From an uncultured Methylomirabilota bacterium (lineage in GTDB: Bacteria > Methylomirabilota > Methylomirabilia > Methylomirabilales > 2-02-FULL-66-22), in NCBI GenBank assembly GCA_963705305.1, contig OY970067.1, positions 4,640,001 through 4,704,000 on the forward strand: a stretch of DNA of 64,000 nt, in the 5' to 3' direction. This document shows positions 20,629 to 29,759 of the stretch, one piece after another; position 1 is the stretch's first letter, and every line of letters begins with the position of its first letter. A program made the position numbers and the translations under genes. The notes under the pieces were generated by a model. It searched no databases. It was not told the origin of the DNA and saw only the letters and a program-made list of their open reading frames with translations.

Positions 20629-22116
20629 TCAGTCCAGGCCGGCCTCCGCCAGCTCGATGGCCCGCAGCATCGCGCCCGCCTTGTTCATGGTTTCTTGGTA
20701 TTCCCGCTCCGGCTCCGAGTCCGCCACGATCCCGGCCCCCACCTGGATGGTGGCCACCCCCCGGTGGAAGAGCACCGTCCGGATGGTGATGCAGGTATCC
20801 AGGTTTCCGGAGAAGCTCACGTACCCCACGGCGCCGGCATAGGGGCCCCGGCGGGACGGCTCCAACTCCTCGAGGATTTCCATGGCCCGAACTTTGGGCG
20901 CCCCGGTGACCGTCCCCGCGGGGAAACAGGCCCGCAGGACATCCAGCGCATCGTGTCCCGTCTCGAGGTGGCCGCGTACGTGCGAGACGATATGCATCAC
21001 GTGCGAGTACCGCTCGATGGTCATGAGGTCCACCACCTCGACGCTGCCCGCCTTTGCGATCTTCCCCACATCGTTCCGCCCCAGATCCACCAGCATGATG
21101 TGCTCCGCCCGCTCCTTGGGGTCCGCCAAAAGATCCTCGGCGAGCCGGCGATCCTCCGCCTCCGTTGCGCCGCGCGGCCGCGTCCCGGCGATGGGACGGA
21201 GGTCGATCCGCTTGCCCTCCAGCCTGACCAGCATCTCCGGCGAGCTGCCGGCGATCCTGAGATCTCCCAGGCGGAGGTAGAACATGTAGGGCGACGGGTT
21301 CACCACCCGCAGGGCCCGGTAGACGTCGAAGGGATCCGCTCCCGTACGAACCGTGAGGCGTTGGGACAGGACCGCTTGGATAATGTCTCCGGCCTCCACG
21401 TAGGCCTTGGTCCGCTTCACCGCCCGGCAGAAGCCCTCCCGCGTGAACGTGGAGTCGGGTTCCCCCGCCACCCGCTTCCAGCCCTGCCCCAGGGGGGCCC
21501 CGACTGGCCGTCGCAGGGCGGCGATGATGGCATCGATCTTCCGCTGCGACTCCCGGTAGGTTCGCTCGACCCCTTCCGGGCTGCGGTCCTGGATGAAGGC
21601 GTTGGAGACGACGGTGATCCGGTGGGTGACATTGTCGAAGATCAGCAGGGTGTCCGTCAGCAGAAACAGCGCGTCGGGCAGCTCCAGGTCGTCGCGGGCC
21701 GAGCTGGGCAGCCGCTCCAGATGACGGACGGTGTCGTATCCCAGGAAGCCCACCAGCCCGCCGGTAAAGCGCGGAAGGCCCGGGACCGCGACCGCCCGAT
21801 ATCCCTCCAGCAGGCGGGCCAGGGCCGCGAACGGGTCATGGACATCGGAGAGAATCTCGCATCCCCCGTCCCGCAGCAGCTCGATCCGCTCCCCTTTGGC
21901 GCGGAGGACCACACTGGGGTTGCTCCCCAGAAAGCTGTAGCGGCCCCACTGCTCGCCCCCTTCCACACTCTCCAAGAGGAAAGCGTAGTTGCCGCTGTCG
22001 ATCTTGCGGAATGCGGACACCGGCGTTTCCATGTCCGCCAGGATTTGGCGGGTCACGGGGATGAGGTTGCCCTCCTGCGCCAGCTCTCGGAAACGGTCCA
22101 GGTCTGGAATGTACAC
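20629..22116 (-). CDS. trpE: Anthranilate synthase component I
   Basis: [52 protein letters not shown] start after the RBS GAGG. Confidence 0.95.
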   Translation of the reverse strand: MYIPDLDRFRELAQEGNLIPVTRQILADMETPVSAFRKIDSGNYAFLLESVEGGEQWGRYSFLGSNPSVVLRAKGERIELLRDGGCEILSDVHDPFAALARLLEGYRAVAVPGLPRFTGGLVGFLGYDTVRHLERLPSSARDDLELPDALFLLTDTLLIFDNVTHRITVVSNAFIQDRSPEGVERTYRESQRKIDAIIAALRRPVGAPLGQGWKRVAGEPDSTFTREGFCRAVKRTKAYVEAGDIIQAVLSQRLTVRTGADPFDVYRALRVVNPSPYMFYLRLGDLRIAGSSPEMLVRLEGKRIDLRPIAGTRPRGATEAEDRRLAEDLLADPKERAEHIMLVDLGRNDVGKIAKAGSVEVVDLMTIERYSHVMHIVSHVRGHLETGHDALDVLRACFPAGTVTGAPKVRAMEILEELEPSRRGPYAGAVGYVSFSGNLDTCITIRTVLFHRGVATIQVGAGIVADSEPEREYQETMNKAGAMLRAIELAEAGLD

Positions 22117-22169
22117 GGCGCCACCTCGCAACGGGTAGGTCCCCGGCAGCCCCGCGGGGTGTGGCGGGG

Positions 22170-22199
22170 ACGCTAGCACGGGGAGACATACAGGGTCAA
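22170..22199 (-). promoter_or_regulatory. Putative sigma70 promoter of the trp operon
   Basis: TTGACC-18 nt-TAGCGT with an extended TG. Confidence 0.45.
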
Positions 22200-22317
22200 G
22201 CGGACGTTGACAGAGCAGGAGACTACGCGCCGGCGGTCACCAGCGATGCGAGAGGATCAATCCCGGGCAAGCATGCAGGGTGCGAATCATGGCGCTCAAC
22301 GGCCGATCCGGGAAGAC

Positions 22318-22647
22318 CTACGACAGGTGTTGATCGATCTTCCCCTTGATGGTGCTCTTCGGGTGGGCCCCGACGATCTGGTCGACGCGGACCCCGTCCC
22401 ACAGGAAGAGCAGCGTCGGAATGCTCCGGATGCCAAACCGCGCCGCGGTCTGGCGGTTCTCGTCCACGTTCAGCTTGCCGACGGCCAGGCGGCCCTTGTA
22501 CTCGCCGGCCAGCTCTTCCAGGACGGGCGCGACCATGCGGCACGGACCGCACCATTCCGCCCAGAAATCGACCAGGACCAGAGGTTGGACCTTCACCTGG
22601 GCTTCGAAATTCGCATCGGTGAGCGTCAGAATATCCTCGTGTGCCAT
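22318..22647 (-). CDS. trxA: Thioredoxin
   Basis: VDFWAEWCGPC, GIRSIPTL. Confidence 0.96.
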   Translation of the reverse strand: MAHEDILTLTDANFEAQVKVQPLVLVDFWAEWCGPCRMVAPVLEELAGEYKGRLAVGKLNVDENRQTAARFGIRSIPTLLFLWDGVRVDQIVGAHPKSTIKGKIDQHLS

Positions 22648-22688
22648 GCGTCCCTCGGGGTTGGAAGAGAGGTGAAATGTTCGGAAGG

Positions 22689-22717
22689 AGTGTAAGAATT
22701 TCGCCATGACCTGTCAA
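22689..22717 (-). promoter_or_regulatory. Putative sigma70 promoter of trxA
   Basis: TTGACA-17 nt-TACACT. Confidence 0.6.
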
Positions 22718-22916
22718 GCGCTTTGTGGCCACCCGCGGCCGCGCTTTGGCTGCAGCATCCCCATGGAGCCGCGATATGCAAGTCCGGCTTCTCCAATTCT
22801 TGGCACGGTGTGCGTCCGGCCGGGGCCAACTGAAGGATTGCTGAACGGGGAAGGCTCGTATATGATCGGCTCAGATCTTTGCCCGCCAGCCTGGCATTTG
22901 GGGGTGGATACCCGTC

Positions 22917-23150
22917 ATGACGCTTGACGGTGCGGCCCAGCGCGAATGGATGCGACAGTGGAAAGAGGCGGGGCCCGCCCTGGCCGCCCAGCGGCGCAGG
23001 GAGCTCGCGCATCTCAGCGATGAGCGTGCCCTGGCCGCCAGCGAGGCCCTCCTCTCGCTCGCCACCCTGTCGCCCTCCAGCCCAGGGCGCCGCCGCTGGT
23101 CCGGCCTCGTCGACCAGCAGGCCCTCTTCCACCGGCGCGCCCCCTCATGA
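22917..23150 (+). CDS. Small hypothetical protein, putative antitoxin-like partner
   Basis: 77-aa helical ORF whose stop overlaps the start of the nucleotidyltransferase (ATGA). Confidence 0.65.
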   Translation: MTLDGAAQREWMRQWKEAGPALAAQRRRELAHLSDERALAASEALLSLATLSPSSPGRRRWSGLVDQQALFHRRAPS

Positions 23151-23713
23151 ATCCCATCTTTGCCGCCGCCCTGGAGGTTCAGACCTTCTGCCAAAGCCGG
23201 GGGTTTCGCTTCTGCTTCATTGGCGGCCTGGCTCTCCAGCGCTGGGGAGAGCCCCGCCTCACGCAGGACGTGGATCTCACAGTCCTCAGCGGCTTCGGGC
23301 GGGAGGCCGAGTTCGCGGAGGACTTTCTGTCGACGTTTGCGTCCCGCATTCCGGACGCCCGCGAGTTTGCCCTGCGGCATCGTGTCCTGCTCTTGCTGAG
23401 CCAGGGCGGGATCCCGCTCGACATTGCCCTGGGGGCCATGCCGTTCGAGGAACGAGCCGTGGCTCGCGCCTCGCCTTTCGCCGTGGCGGACGGCGTTGCG
23501 CTGATAACCTGTAGTGCCGAGGACCTTGTCGTGTTCAAAGCCTTCGCGGGTCGTGCACAAGATTGGATCGACATCGAAGGCATCGTCCTCCGTCAGTCCC
23601 GATCGCTCAAACGAGAACTCATCTGGCAGGAGCTGATTCCCCTTCTGGAGCTCAAGGAGGACCAGCAGACGGGCCCGCGGCTCCAGAGCCTCCTCGACCG
23701 CCCCGGCGGCTGA
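23147..23713 (+). CDS. Pol-beta-superfamily nucleotidyltransferase (AbiEii/DUF6036-like)
   Basis: FIGGLALQRWGEPRLTQDVD (GG...DxD), EDLVVFKAFAGRAQDWIDI. Confidence 0.8.
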   Translation: MNPIFAAALEVQTFCQSRGFRFCFIGGLALQRWGEPRLTQDVDLTVLSGFGREAEFAEDFLSTFASRIPDAREFALRHRVLLLLSQGGIPLDIALGAMPFEERAVARASPFAVADGVALITCSAEDLVVFKAFAGRAQDWIDIEGIVLRQSRSLKRELIWQELIPLLELKEDQQTGPRLQSLLDRPGG

Positions 23714-23770
23714 GTTCCGCCGCGAGATTCCCTCGATCGATTTCCCGAGGGCGGCGTCTTGCCTCTTTCC

Positions 23771-24712
23771 TCATGCACGCAGTCCTCCCTTCTCCGGGGG
23801 GACATGGACCCTGGGGACCTCGGCGAAGTCCGCCATGCCATCCGCCATGTACAGGTAGGTGGTGTCCGCGGCATTGGAGAACGCCGCGTGGTTCCCCCGA
23901 GGGTCCATGGCGAGGATGCTCACCCGGCCGAAGTAGGGGTCCTCCAGTTGCTCGAGGTCCCGCAGGGCCTGCGTCCCGGCCTCGACCAGCGACCGTCCCA
24001 TGCGCAGGGACATGACCACGCTGTGGCCCGTGCAGCAGCGGATGACCATTTCCCCCCGCCCCGTGCATGCGGCCGCCCCGAACCGGTTATCGGCATAGTT
24101 GCCCGCGCCGATCACCGGCGAATCGCCCAGGCGTCCGGGATACTTCCAGGCCCAGCCGCTGGTGCTGACCCCCACCGCCAGGTTCCCCTGCGCGTCCTGC
24201 GCAATGACATTCACCGTCTCATTCGGCCGCTCGGGGTCGGCTGCCAGCTTCGCCAGCCGGCGCATCTGCGCGAGATAAGCCGTCCGCTCTCCGTACACCG
24301 AGGGCAGCGTCCGGTCGAAGAGCTCCCGCCACATGCGTTCCGCCTCGGGCGTCAAGAGGTCTTTCTCCGGAAACCCCATCTCCCGGGCGAAGCGCTCGGC
24401 GCCACCGCCGGCCAGCATCACGTGGGGAAGCTCCTCCATGACCCGGCGCGCCAGGGTGATGGCGTGCTCGACACGCCTGACGGCACCCACCGCGCCCGCC
24501 CGCAGGCTCCGCCCATCCATCAGGCTGGCGTCCAGCTCCACCTCGCCCAGCAGGTTGGGAAGGCCCGAATAGCCGACCGTGTGATCCTCGGGGTTGCTTT
24601 CCACCGGCCGGATGCCGGCCTCCACGGCGTCCACGGCCGAGCCGCCGGCCCTCAGAACCCGCATCGCGTCGGCGATGCCCACCCGTCCATTAGCGCTGGC
24701 AATGACAATCAT
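23771..24712 (-). CDS. Ntn-hydrolase: glycosylasparaginase / isoaspartyl peptidase family
   Basis: ELDASLMDG, TVNVIAQDAQGNLAVGVSTSG, PGRLGDSPVIGAG, CTGRGE. Confidence 0.9.
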   Translation of the reverse strand: MIVIASANGRVGIADAMRVLRAGGSAVDAVEAGIRPVESNPEDHTVGYSGLPNLLGEVELDASLMDGRSLRAGAVGAVRRVEHAITLARRVMEELPHVMLAGGGAERFAREMGFPEKDLLTPEAERMWRELFDRTLPSVYGERTAYLAQMRRLAKLAADPERPNETVNVIAQDAQGNLAVGVSTSGWAWKYPGRLGDSPVIGAGNYADNRFGAAACTGRGEMVIRCCTGHSVVMSLRMGRSLVEAGTQALRDLEQLEDPYFGRVSILAMDPRGNHAAFSNAADTTYLYMADGMADFAEVPRVHVPPEKGGLRA

Positions 24713-24845
24713 CCCTACTCTCCCACGTGTCGGCTTCGGACGAAGCCCTGTTCCTCGGAATCAAGCCATGGCAAACGCAGGCACGCTAGCGAAATGCCCG
24801 AGCGTTGTCAACTCCACCCGACCTCTTTGGACCTCTTTGGGCCGA

Positions 24846-24874
24846 TTGACCCGACGGAGCCACCGTGTTACGCT
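24846..24874 (+). promoter_or_regulatory. Putative sigma70 promoter of the rnc-like gene (possibly leaderless)
   Basis: TTGACC-17 nt-TACGCT with an extended TG; the ATG follows 8 nt later with no SD. Confidence 0.5.
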
Positions 24875-24882
24875 CTGTTGCC

Positions 24883-25623
24883 ATGGAAGGACAGCCGCCA
24901 CTGGCGCCCCCCGACACGCTGCAGGCCGTCCAGGAGGCCATAGGATACCGCTTTCGGGATCCCGCGCTGCTCGCCACGGCCCTTCCCCGGCCGGGCGCCC
25001 CTCTCGCCCCCTCCGCAGCCAGAGCGCGTCATCGGCTCCAGTTCCTGGGGGACGCCGCCTGGAACTTCTCGATCACCCGAACCATGTTGCGGACGCGGCC
25101 GCTCACCGAGGTGGGAATGCTCACCCGCCTGCGGGCCGGATGGTCCAGCAGTGCCGGCCTGGCCGATCTGGCCAAGCGGCTCAAGCTGCCGCTGGGTGAG
25201 AACATAACCGGGAGCCCTCCCAGCAACCGGGTCTGGGCGGAGGCGCTGGAAGCGGTACTGGGTGCCGTGGTGGAAGACGGAGGGGCCGAGGCCATCCAGG
25301 CGCTGGCCGAGCGGGTGCTGGCGGAGGCGGGCGAGGCCACCCCGCCATCCTTGGACGCCAAATCCGCCCTCCAGATCCTCTGCCAGACCAGGTACGGCGG
25401 CCTCCCCACGTACCGACTGCTGGCCAAGACCGGACCAGCCCACCACCCTCGGTTTTGCGTGGGGGTAATCGTCCCCGGGCCGGACGGGTTTCGGGTGGAG
25501 GGTGAAGCTGAGAGCCGGCAGACTGCCGAACAGGCAGCCGCCCGCCTGGCCCTTGAGCGGGTTGGGGAATGGCCCGTTACGAGCCTACCAGATATCGTGC
25601 TAGACACCTCCCGGCGGCCCTAA
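24883..25623 (+). CDS. rnc: Ribonuclease III-like protein with degenerate catalytic signature and a dsRBD
   Basis: IGYRFRDPALLATAL, HRLQFLGDA, AEALEAVLGA, dsRBD (DAKSALQ...GPAHHPRF...AEQAAARLAL). rnc-smc-ftsY synteny. Confidence 0.8.
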   Translation: MEGQPPLAPPDTLQAVQEAIGYRFRDPALLATALPRPGAPLAPSAARARHRLQFLGDAAWNFSITRTMLRTRPLTEVGMLTRLRAGWSSSAGLADLAKRLKLPLGENITGSPPSNRVWAEALEAVLGAVVEDGGAEAIQALAERVLAEAGEATPPSLDAKSALQILCQTRYGGLPTYRLLAKTGPAHHPRFCVGVIVPGPDGFRVEGEAESRQTAEQAAARLALERVGEWPVTSLPDIVLDTSRRP

Positions 25624-25640
25624 AGCTAGTATTTTCGGTC

Positions 25641-25670
25641 TTGACACGCCATTCTCCCTCGTGATAGCGT
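25641..25670 (+). promoter_or_regulatory. Putative sigma70 promoter of smc
   Basis: TTGACA-18 nt-TAGCGT with an extended TG. Confidence 0.5.
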
Positions 25671-25736
25671 TCCACGAATGTAAACTGTGACCTGCTAATC
25701 CGGCGCTCCCTTTGCTTTGAGGGCGGATAGAGACAT

Positions 25737-28700
25737 ATGCATCTGACGAAAATCTCCCTATTTGGTTTCAAATCTTTTGCAGACAAGGTCGAGCTCTCGT
25801 TCGAGCCGGGGACCACCATGATCGTCGGTCCGAACGGCTGTGGGAAGAGCAACGTCTCCGACTCGATCCGCTGGGCACTGGGTGAACAGAGCGCCAAGCT
25901 CCTGCGCGGCGACCGGATGGACGACCTCATCTTTGCCGGCAACAACCGGCGCAAGCCCCTGGGCCTGGCGGAGGTATCCCTCACCTTCACCCGGAACCAC
26001 GGCACGCTGGCAACCGAGTACGAAGAGGTGAACGTCACCCGCCGCCTCTACCGGTCTGGCGAGAGCGAATACCTGCTGAACAAGGTCCCTTGCCGGTTGC
26101 GGGACATCATCGACATGTTCATCGACACCGGGCTGACCGGCGAGCCGTATGCCCTCATCGAACAGGGGAGCATCGGCAGCGTGGTGAATGCCCGGCCCGC
26201 CGACCGCCGCATCCTCATCGAGGAAGCCGCCGGCATCATGAAGTACAAGACCAAGAAGCGCGCCGCGGTCAGCAAGCTGGAGGCAACGGAACAGAACCTC
26301 TTGCGAATTCGCGACGTGATCGCCGAGGTCGAGCGGCAGCGGAACTCCCTGAAGCGTCAGGCCAACAAGGCCGAGCGGTACCGGCAGCTGGACCAGCGGG
26401 CCACCGAGCTCAAACTCTTTCTCAAGTTCCGGGAACACTCCGCCTTGTGGGACGAGCTGCAGGCGGTGCTGGCCTGCCTGGGCCCGCTCCAGCAAGAATT
26501 GGCCGGCCTGCGGGCCGGCATCGCAGCGACCGAGGCGTCTCTGGAGGAGCACCGGCTCCGCGCCCTGACCGAGGAGCAGGCCGTCGCCTCGGCGCAGGAA
26601 GAGCTGTACGCCGTCCGGAACCAGATCGATCGAGAGGAGGCGGAGCTTCGCAACATCGCGGCCCAAATCGAGGCGGCAGGTCTCCGGCAGGCCGAAAACG
26701 AGTCAGCCCTGGCGACACTCGGCGAGACCATCCGGCACCTGCTGGGGGCCCTGGACGCCGGGGACATCCAGGTCGCCGCCGAGGAGCGGGAGGTGGCGGC
26801 CCTGGCGGGCACGGTCGAGGAGGTGGGAGGATCCTTGCGGGAGGCGGAATCACGCCTGGCCGCCGCGGCCGCCGATTTGGAGCGCCGCCGCCAGGAGGCG
26901 GCCCATCATGCCGGCCAGCTGACATTGAAACGGAGCGAGCTGGCGACCCTCCAAGAGCGCAGCCGGCAGATGGCCGCGCAGGCCGACCGGATCCGCCACC
27001 AGCAGGCCGAGGCGGTCAGCCAGCGGGAGGGCGCCGAGGCGTCGACCACCGCGGACGAGGCCCGCCGGTTGGAGGCCATGCAGCGGCGCAACCTGACCCA
27101 CTCCCAGCGCGAGGTGGCCGAGCGCGAGGCGGAGGGCGCCCGGCAAGCCCGCCGTCGGCTGGAGGCGGAGATGGCGGGCCTGACCGTGGATGTCGAGCGC
27201 CAGCGCGGCCGGCTCGGCTCGCTCCACGAGCTCCAGCTGCAATTCGCCGACTTTTCCGAAGGCAACAAGCTGCTGCTGCAGGCTGGCCGGGATCGCCGGC
27301 TGTTCGGCATCCTCGGCCCCGTGGCCGAAGTCGTGGAGGCCGCTCCCCGGTTCGAGAAGGCATTGGAGGCAATCCTGGGCGCTCACCTCCAGGGAGTCCG
27401 GGCGCGGACCTGGGGAGAGGCCCAGGAGGCGCTGGCCCATCTGTTCCGCTCGGGAGAGGGGCGGGCAACCCTCCTCGGTCCCGTGCCCACCCACGAGGGC
27501 GCCTGGGGCCGACGGCTTCGCGGGGAGATCGCCGCCCAGATCGCCGATCTGCCGAAAGAACTCTTGGCGCACGTGGAAGGGGCGGCCCTGGACCTGGTCC
27601 GCATCCATGAAGGCGCGGACGCGTGGATCCTCAATCTCCTGGCGGATGCCGTGATTGTGAGCGATTTGGACGCGGCGCTCAACATCGCCCGCGAGCTGCC
27701 CGGCCCCTTCACCGTGGCGACGCTCGCCGGCGAAGTCCTCAGCCACCGGGGGACCCTGGTCGGCGGCACGCCCGCTCCCCAGGGACTGCTGGGGCAGCGC
27801 CGCGAGCTCCGCGAGCTGGAGGAAGCGCTGGCGATCAGCGAAGTCGGCCTGGCCGGCCTGCGGGAGGCCCTGGCCATCGTCAACCAGGACGTCCTGGCTG
27901 CAGAGCGCGCGGTCGAGGCGGCGGCACTGGCCGAGCGCCAGGCGGAGCTGGACCTGCTGGCCATCGAGAAGGATCTGGCCGCCAAGCGGGCGGAGGAGGT
28001 CCGCCTGAGCCAGCAACTCGAGCTCTTCGGCATCGAGCTGCAGAGCATGGAGGCCGACCTGGCGAGAATCCAGACGGATGTGGCAGAGCTCCGCGAGGCG
28101 GTCTCGACCGGCGAGGCATGCGCCGTGGAACTCGGCCAGGCGATCGCCATCCAGGAGGCCGAGGTCGCGGGCCTACGGGATCGCCGGGAGTCCCTGGCCG
28201 CCCAGCTGGGAGAGCAGCGTGTCACGCTGGCCTCCCGGATCGCACGCCGGGACGAGACCGTGCGGAATCTTGCGCGCATGCGGCAGGAGCTCCAGGCGGC
28301 TGAAGACCAGACCGCCCACTTGACCCAGGAAGCGGCCGAATTGGTGGCCCGGCGCGGCAGCCTCGAGGCCGCCGACGCCCGGATTCGGGAGAGTCTTGTC
28401 TCGCGGCGGCGCGAGGAGGAGGCGCGCGGTGCCGGGTTGATCCGGGCTCAGGAATCCAGAGCGGCCCTCCAGGAGGCCATCCGCCAATTCGAGGACACCC
28501 TGCGAACCAGCCGGCAATCGGAGAGCCAGGTTCACGACGAGATTGCCGGGCGAGAGGCCCGCCGGGGCGAACTGAAAACCGCCATGACACACCTGGAGCA
28601 GGATCTGCTGGAGGACCACACCGTGGGCCTGGCGGAGCTCCGCGAGCGATTCGGCGCCGTGACCCGGACGGACGAAGAGGCCCGGGGTGAGCTGGAGGAG

Positions 28701-29339
28701 CTCCGGATCAAGCTGGCGGAGCTGGGCCCTGCCAACCTGGGCGCCCTGGAGGAATACGAGGCCCTGTGCCAGCGCCACACCTTCCTCACCTCGCAGGCGG
28801 AGGATCTCACGAAATCGGTAGCCTCTCTGCGCCAGGCCATCGCCGAGATCAACAAGACGATCCAGACGCTCTTCGCCGAGACCCTCGCGGCGGTCAACGA
28901 GCAGTTCGATCTGTTCTGGCAGCGCCTCTTCGGCGGGGGGAGCGCACAGCTCCGCCTGGTCGAGCCGGCCGAGGGGGAGGAAGAGGAGGAGCCCGGGGTG
29001 GAGATGCTGGTGCGCGTCCCGGGCAAGCGGGCCACGGTCCTCTCTCTGCTGTCCGGGGGAGAGCGCGCCCTGGCGGCCCTGTCCCTCCTCCTGGCTCTGT
29101 TCGCGGTGCGCCCCAGTCCGTTCTGTGTGCTGGACGAGGTGGATGCCCCACTGGATGAAGCCAACGTGGATCGCCTGGTCGCAGTGATCAAGGAGATGGC
29201 GGCCAAGACGCAGTTCATCGTCATCACCCACAACCGGCGGACCATGGAAGCGGCCGACATCATCTATGGGGTCACCATGGAAGAAGAGGGGGCGTCCAAG
29301 GTGATCTCGGTCCGTCTGCAGACTGCTGCAGCCGCCTAA
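25737..29339 (+). CDS. smc: Chromosome segregation protein SMC
   Basis: GFKSF, Walker A GPNGCGKSN, coiled coils with a hinge, LSGGE, Walker B VLDEVDAPLD; 1200 aa. Confidence 0.97.
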   Translation: MHLTKISLFGFKSFADKVELSFEPGTTMIVGPNGCGKSNVSDSIRWALGEQSAKLLRGDRMDDLIFAGNNRRKPLGLAEVSLTFTRNHGTLATEYEEVNVTRRLYRSGESEYLLNKVPCRLRDIIDMFIDTGLTGEPYALIEQGSIGSVVNARPADRRILIEEAAGIMKYKTKKRAAVSKLEATEQNLLRIRDVIAEVERQRNSLKRQANKAERYRQLDQRATELKLFLKFREHSALWDELQAVLACLGPLQQELAGLRAGIAATEASLEEHRLRALTEEQAVASAQEELYAVRNQIDREEAELRNIAAQIEAAGLRQAENESALATLGETIRHLLGALDAGDIQVAAEEREVAALAGTVEEVGGSLREAESRLAAAAADLERRRQEAAHHAGQLTLKRSELATLQERSRQMAAQADRIRHQQAEAVSQREGAEASTTADEARRLEAMQRRNLTHSQREVAEREAEGARQARRRLEAEMAGLTVDVERQRGRLGSLHELQLQFADFSEGNKLLLQAGRDRRLFGILGPVAEVVEAAPRFEKALEAILGAHLQGVRARTWGEAQEALAHLFRSGEGRATLLGPVPTHEGAWGRRLRGEIAAQIADLPKELLAHVEGAALDLVRIHEGADAWILNLLADAVIVSDLDAALNIARELPGPFTVATLAGEVLSHRGTLVGGTPAPQGLLGQRRELRELEEALAISEVGLAGLREALAIVNQDVLAAERAVEAAALAERQAELDLLAIEKDLAAKRAEEVRLSQQLELFGIELQSMEADLARIQTDVAELREAVSTGEACAVELGQAIAIQEAEVAGLRDRRESLAAQLGEQRVTLASRIARRDETVRNLARMRQELQAAEDQTAHLTQEAAELVARRGSLEAADARIRESLVSRRREEEARGAGLIRAQESRAALQEAIRQFEDTLRTSRQSESQVHDEIAGREARRGELKTAMTHLEQDLLEDHTVGLAELRERFGAVTRTDEEARGELEELRIKLAELGPANLGALEEYEALCQRHTFLTSQAEDLTKSVASLRQAIAEINKTIQTLFAETLAAVNEQFDLFWQRLFGGGSAQLRLVEPAEGEEEEEPGVEMLVRVPGKRATVLSLLSGGERALAALSLLLALFAVRPSPFCVLDEVDAPLDEANVDRLVAVIKEMAAKTQFIVITHNRRTMEAADIIYGVTMEEEGASKVISVRLQTAAAA

Positions 29340-29393
29340 ACCGGATGACGGGCGGCGCCATGCCGGACGCCGCGCAACCCTCGGGAAGTTCAG

Positions 29394-29759
29394 ATGCCCA
29401 CAGCCGATCTCTCCGCTCTTCTGGCCGATCTGCTGGCTCGCGTGCCGGAGTCTCGCACCGCGGCCATTGTGGATGCCAACGGATCCGTCCTGTCCCAGGC
29501 CACCCGCGAGGGCGCTCCCATGCCGGAGGACTCCGGCGCGGGCTGGCGCGCCCTGTTCGCCGCGGCGCTGGCCGCCGCCGACCGGATGGGGCAGGCTCCG
29601 CTTTCCGAGGTCGTCGTGGAAACCGCTGGGGCCACCCTGGCAATGCTCCTCCTGAAGGACACCTGCTGTCTCTGCCTCCTCACGGGCCCGGGGGCGATCC
29701 CGGGCCGCGGCCTCTTCGAGGCGCGCAAGTCGGCTGCGGCCCTGCTGGACGCGCTTTGA
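29394..29759 (+). CDS. Roadblock/LC7 (MglB-like) domain protein
   Basis: 121 aa with a roadblock pattern: LLARVPESRTAAIVDANGSVL...GQAPLSEVVVETAGATLAM...GRGLFEARKSA. Stop overlaps the ftsY start. Confidence 0.78.
   Translation: MPTADLSALLADLLARVPESRTAAIVDANGSVLSQATREGAPMPEDSGAGWRALFAAALAAADRMGQAPLSEVVVETAGATLAMLLLKDTCCLCLLTGPGAIPGRGLFEARKSAAALLDAL

Noticed and set aside
22117..22169. trp attenuator or leader peptide
   Set aside because: The leader is short, with no Trp-codon ORF or T-box visible.
22801..22817. sigma54 promoter TGGCACG (also TGGCAC near 11458)
   Set aside because: The -12 GC is not at the required spacing.
29345..29758. N-terminal extension of FtsY in the 447-aa ORF call
   Set aside because: The extension overlaps the roadblock gene in another frame; the real start is in the TGATG overlap at 29759.
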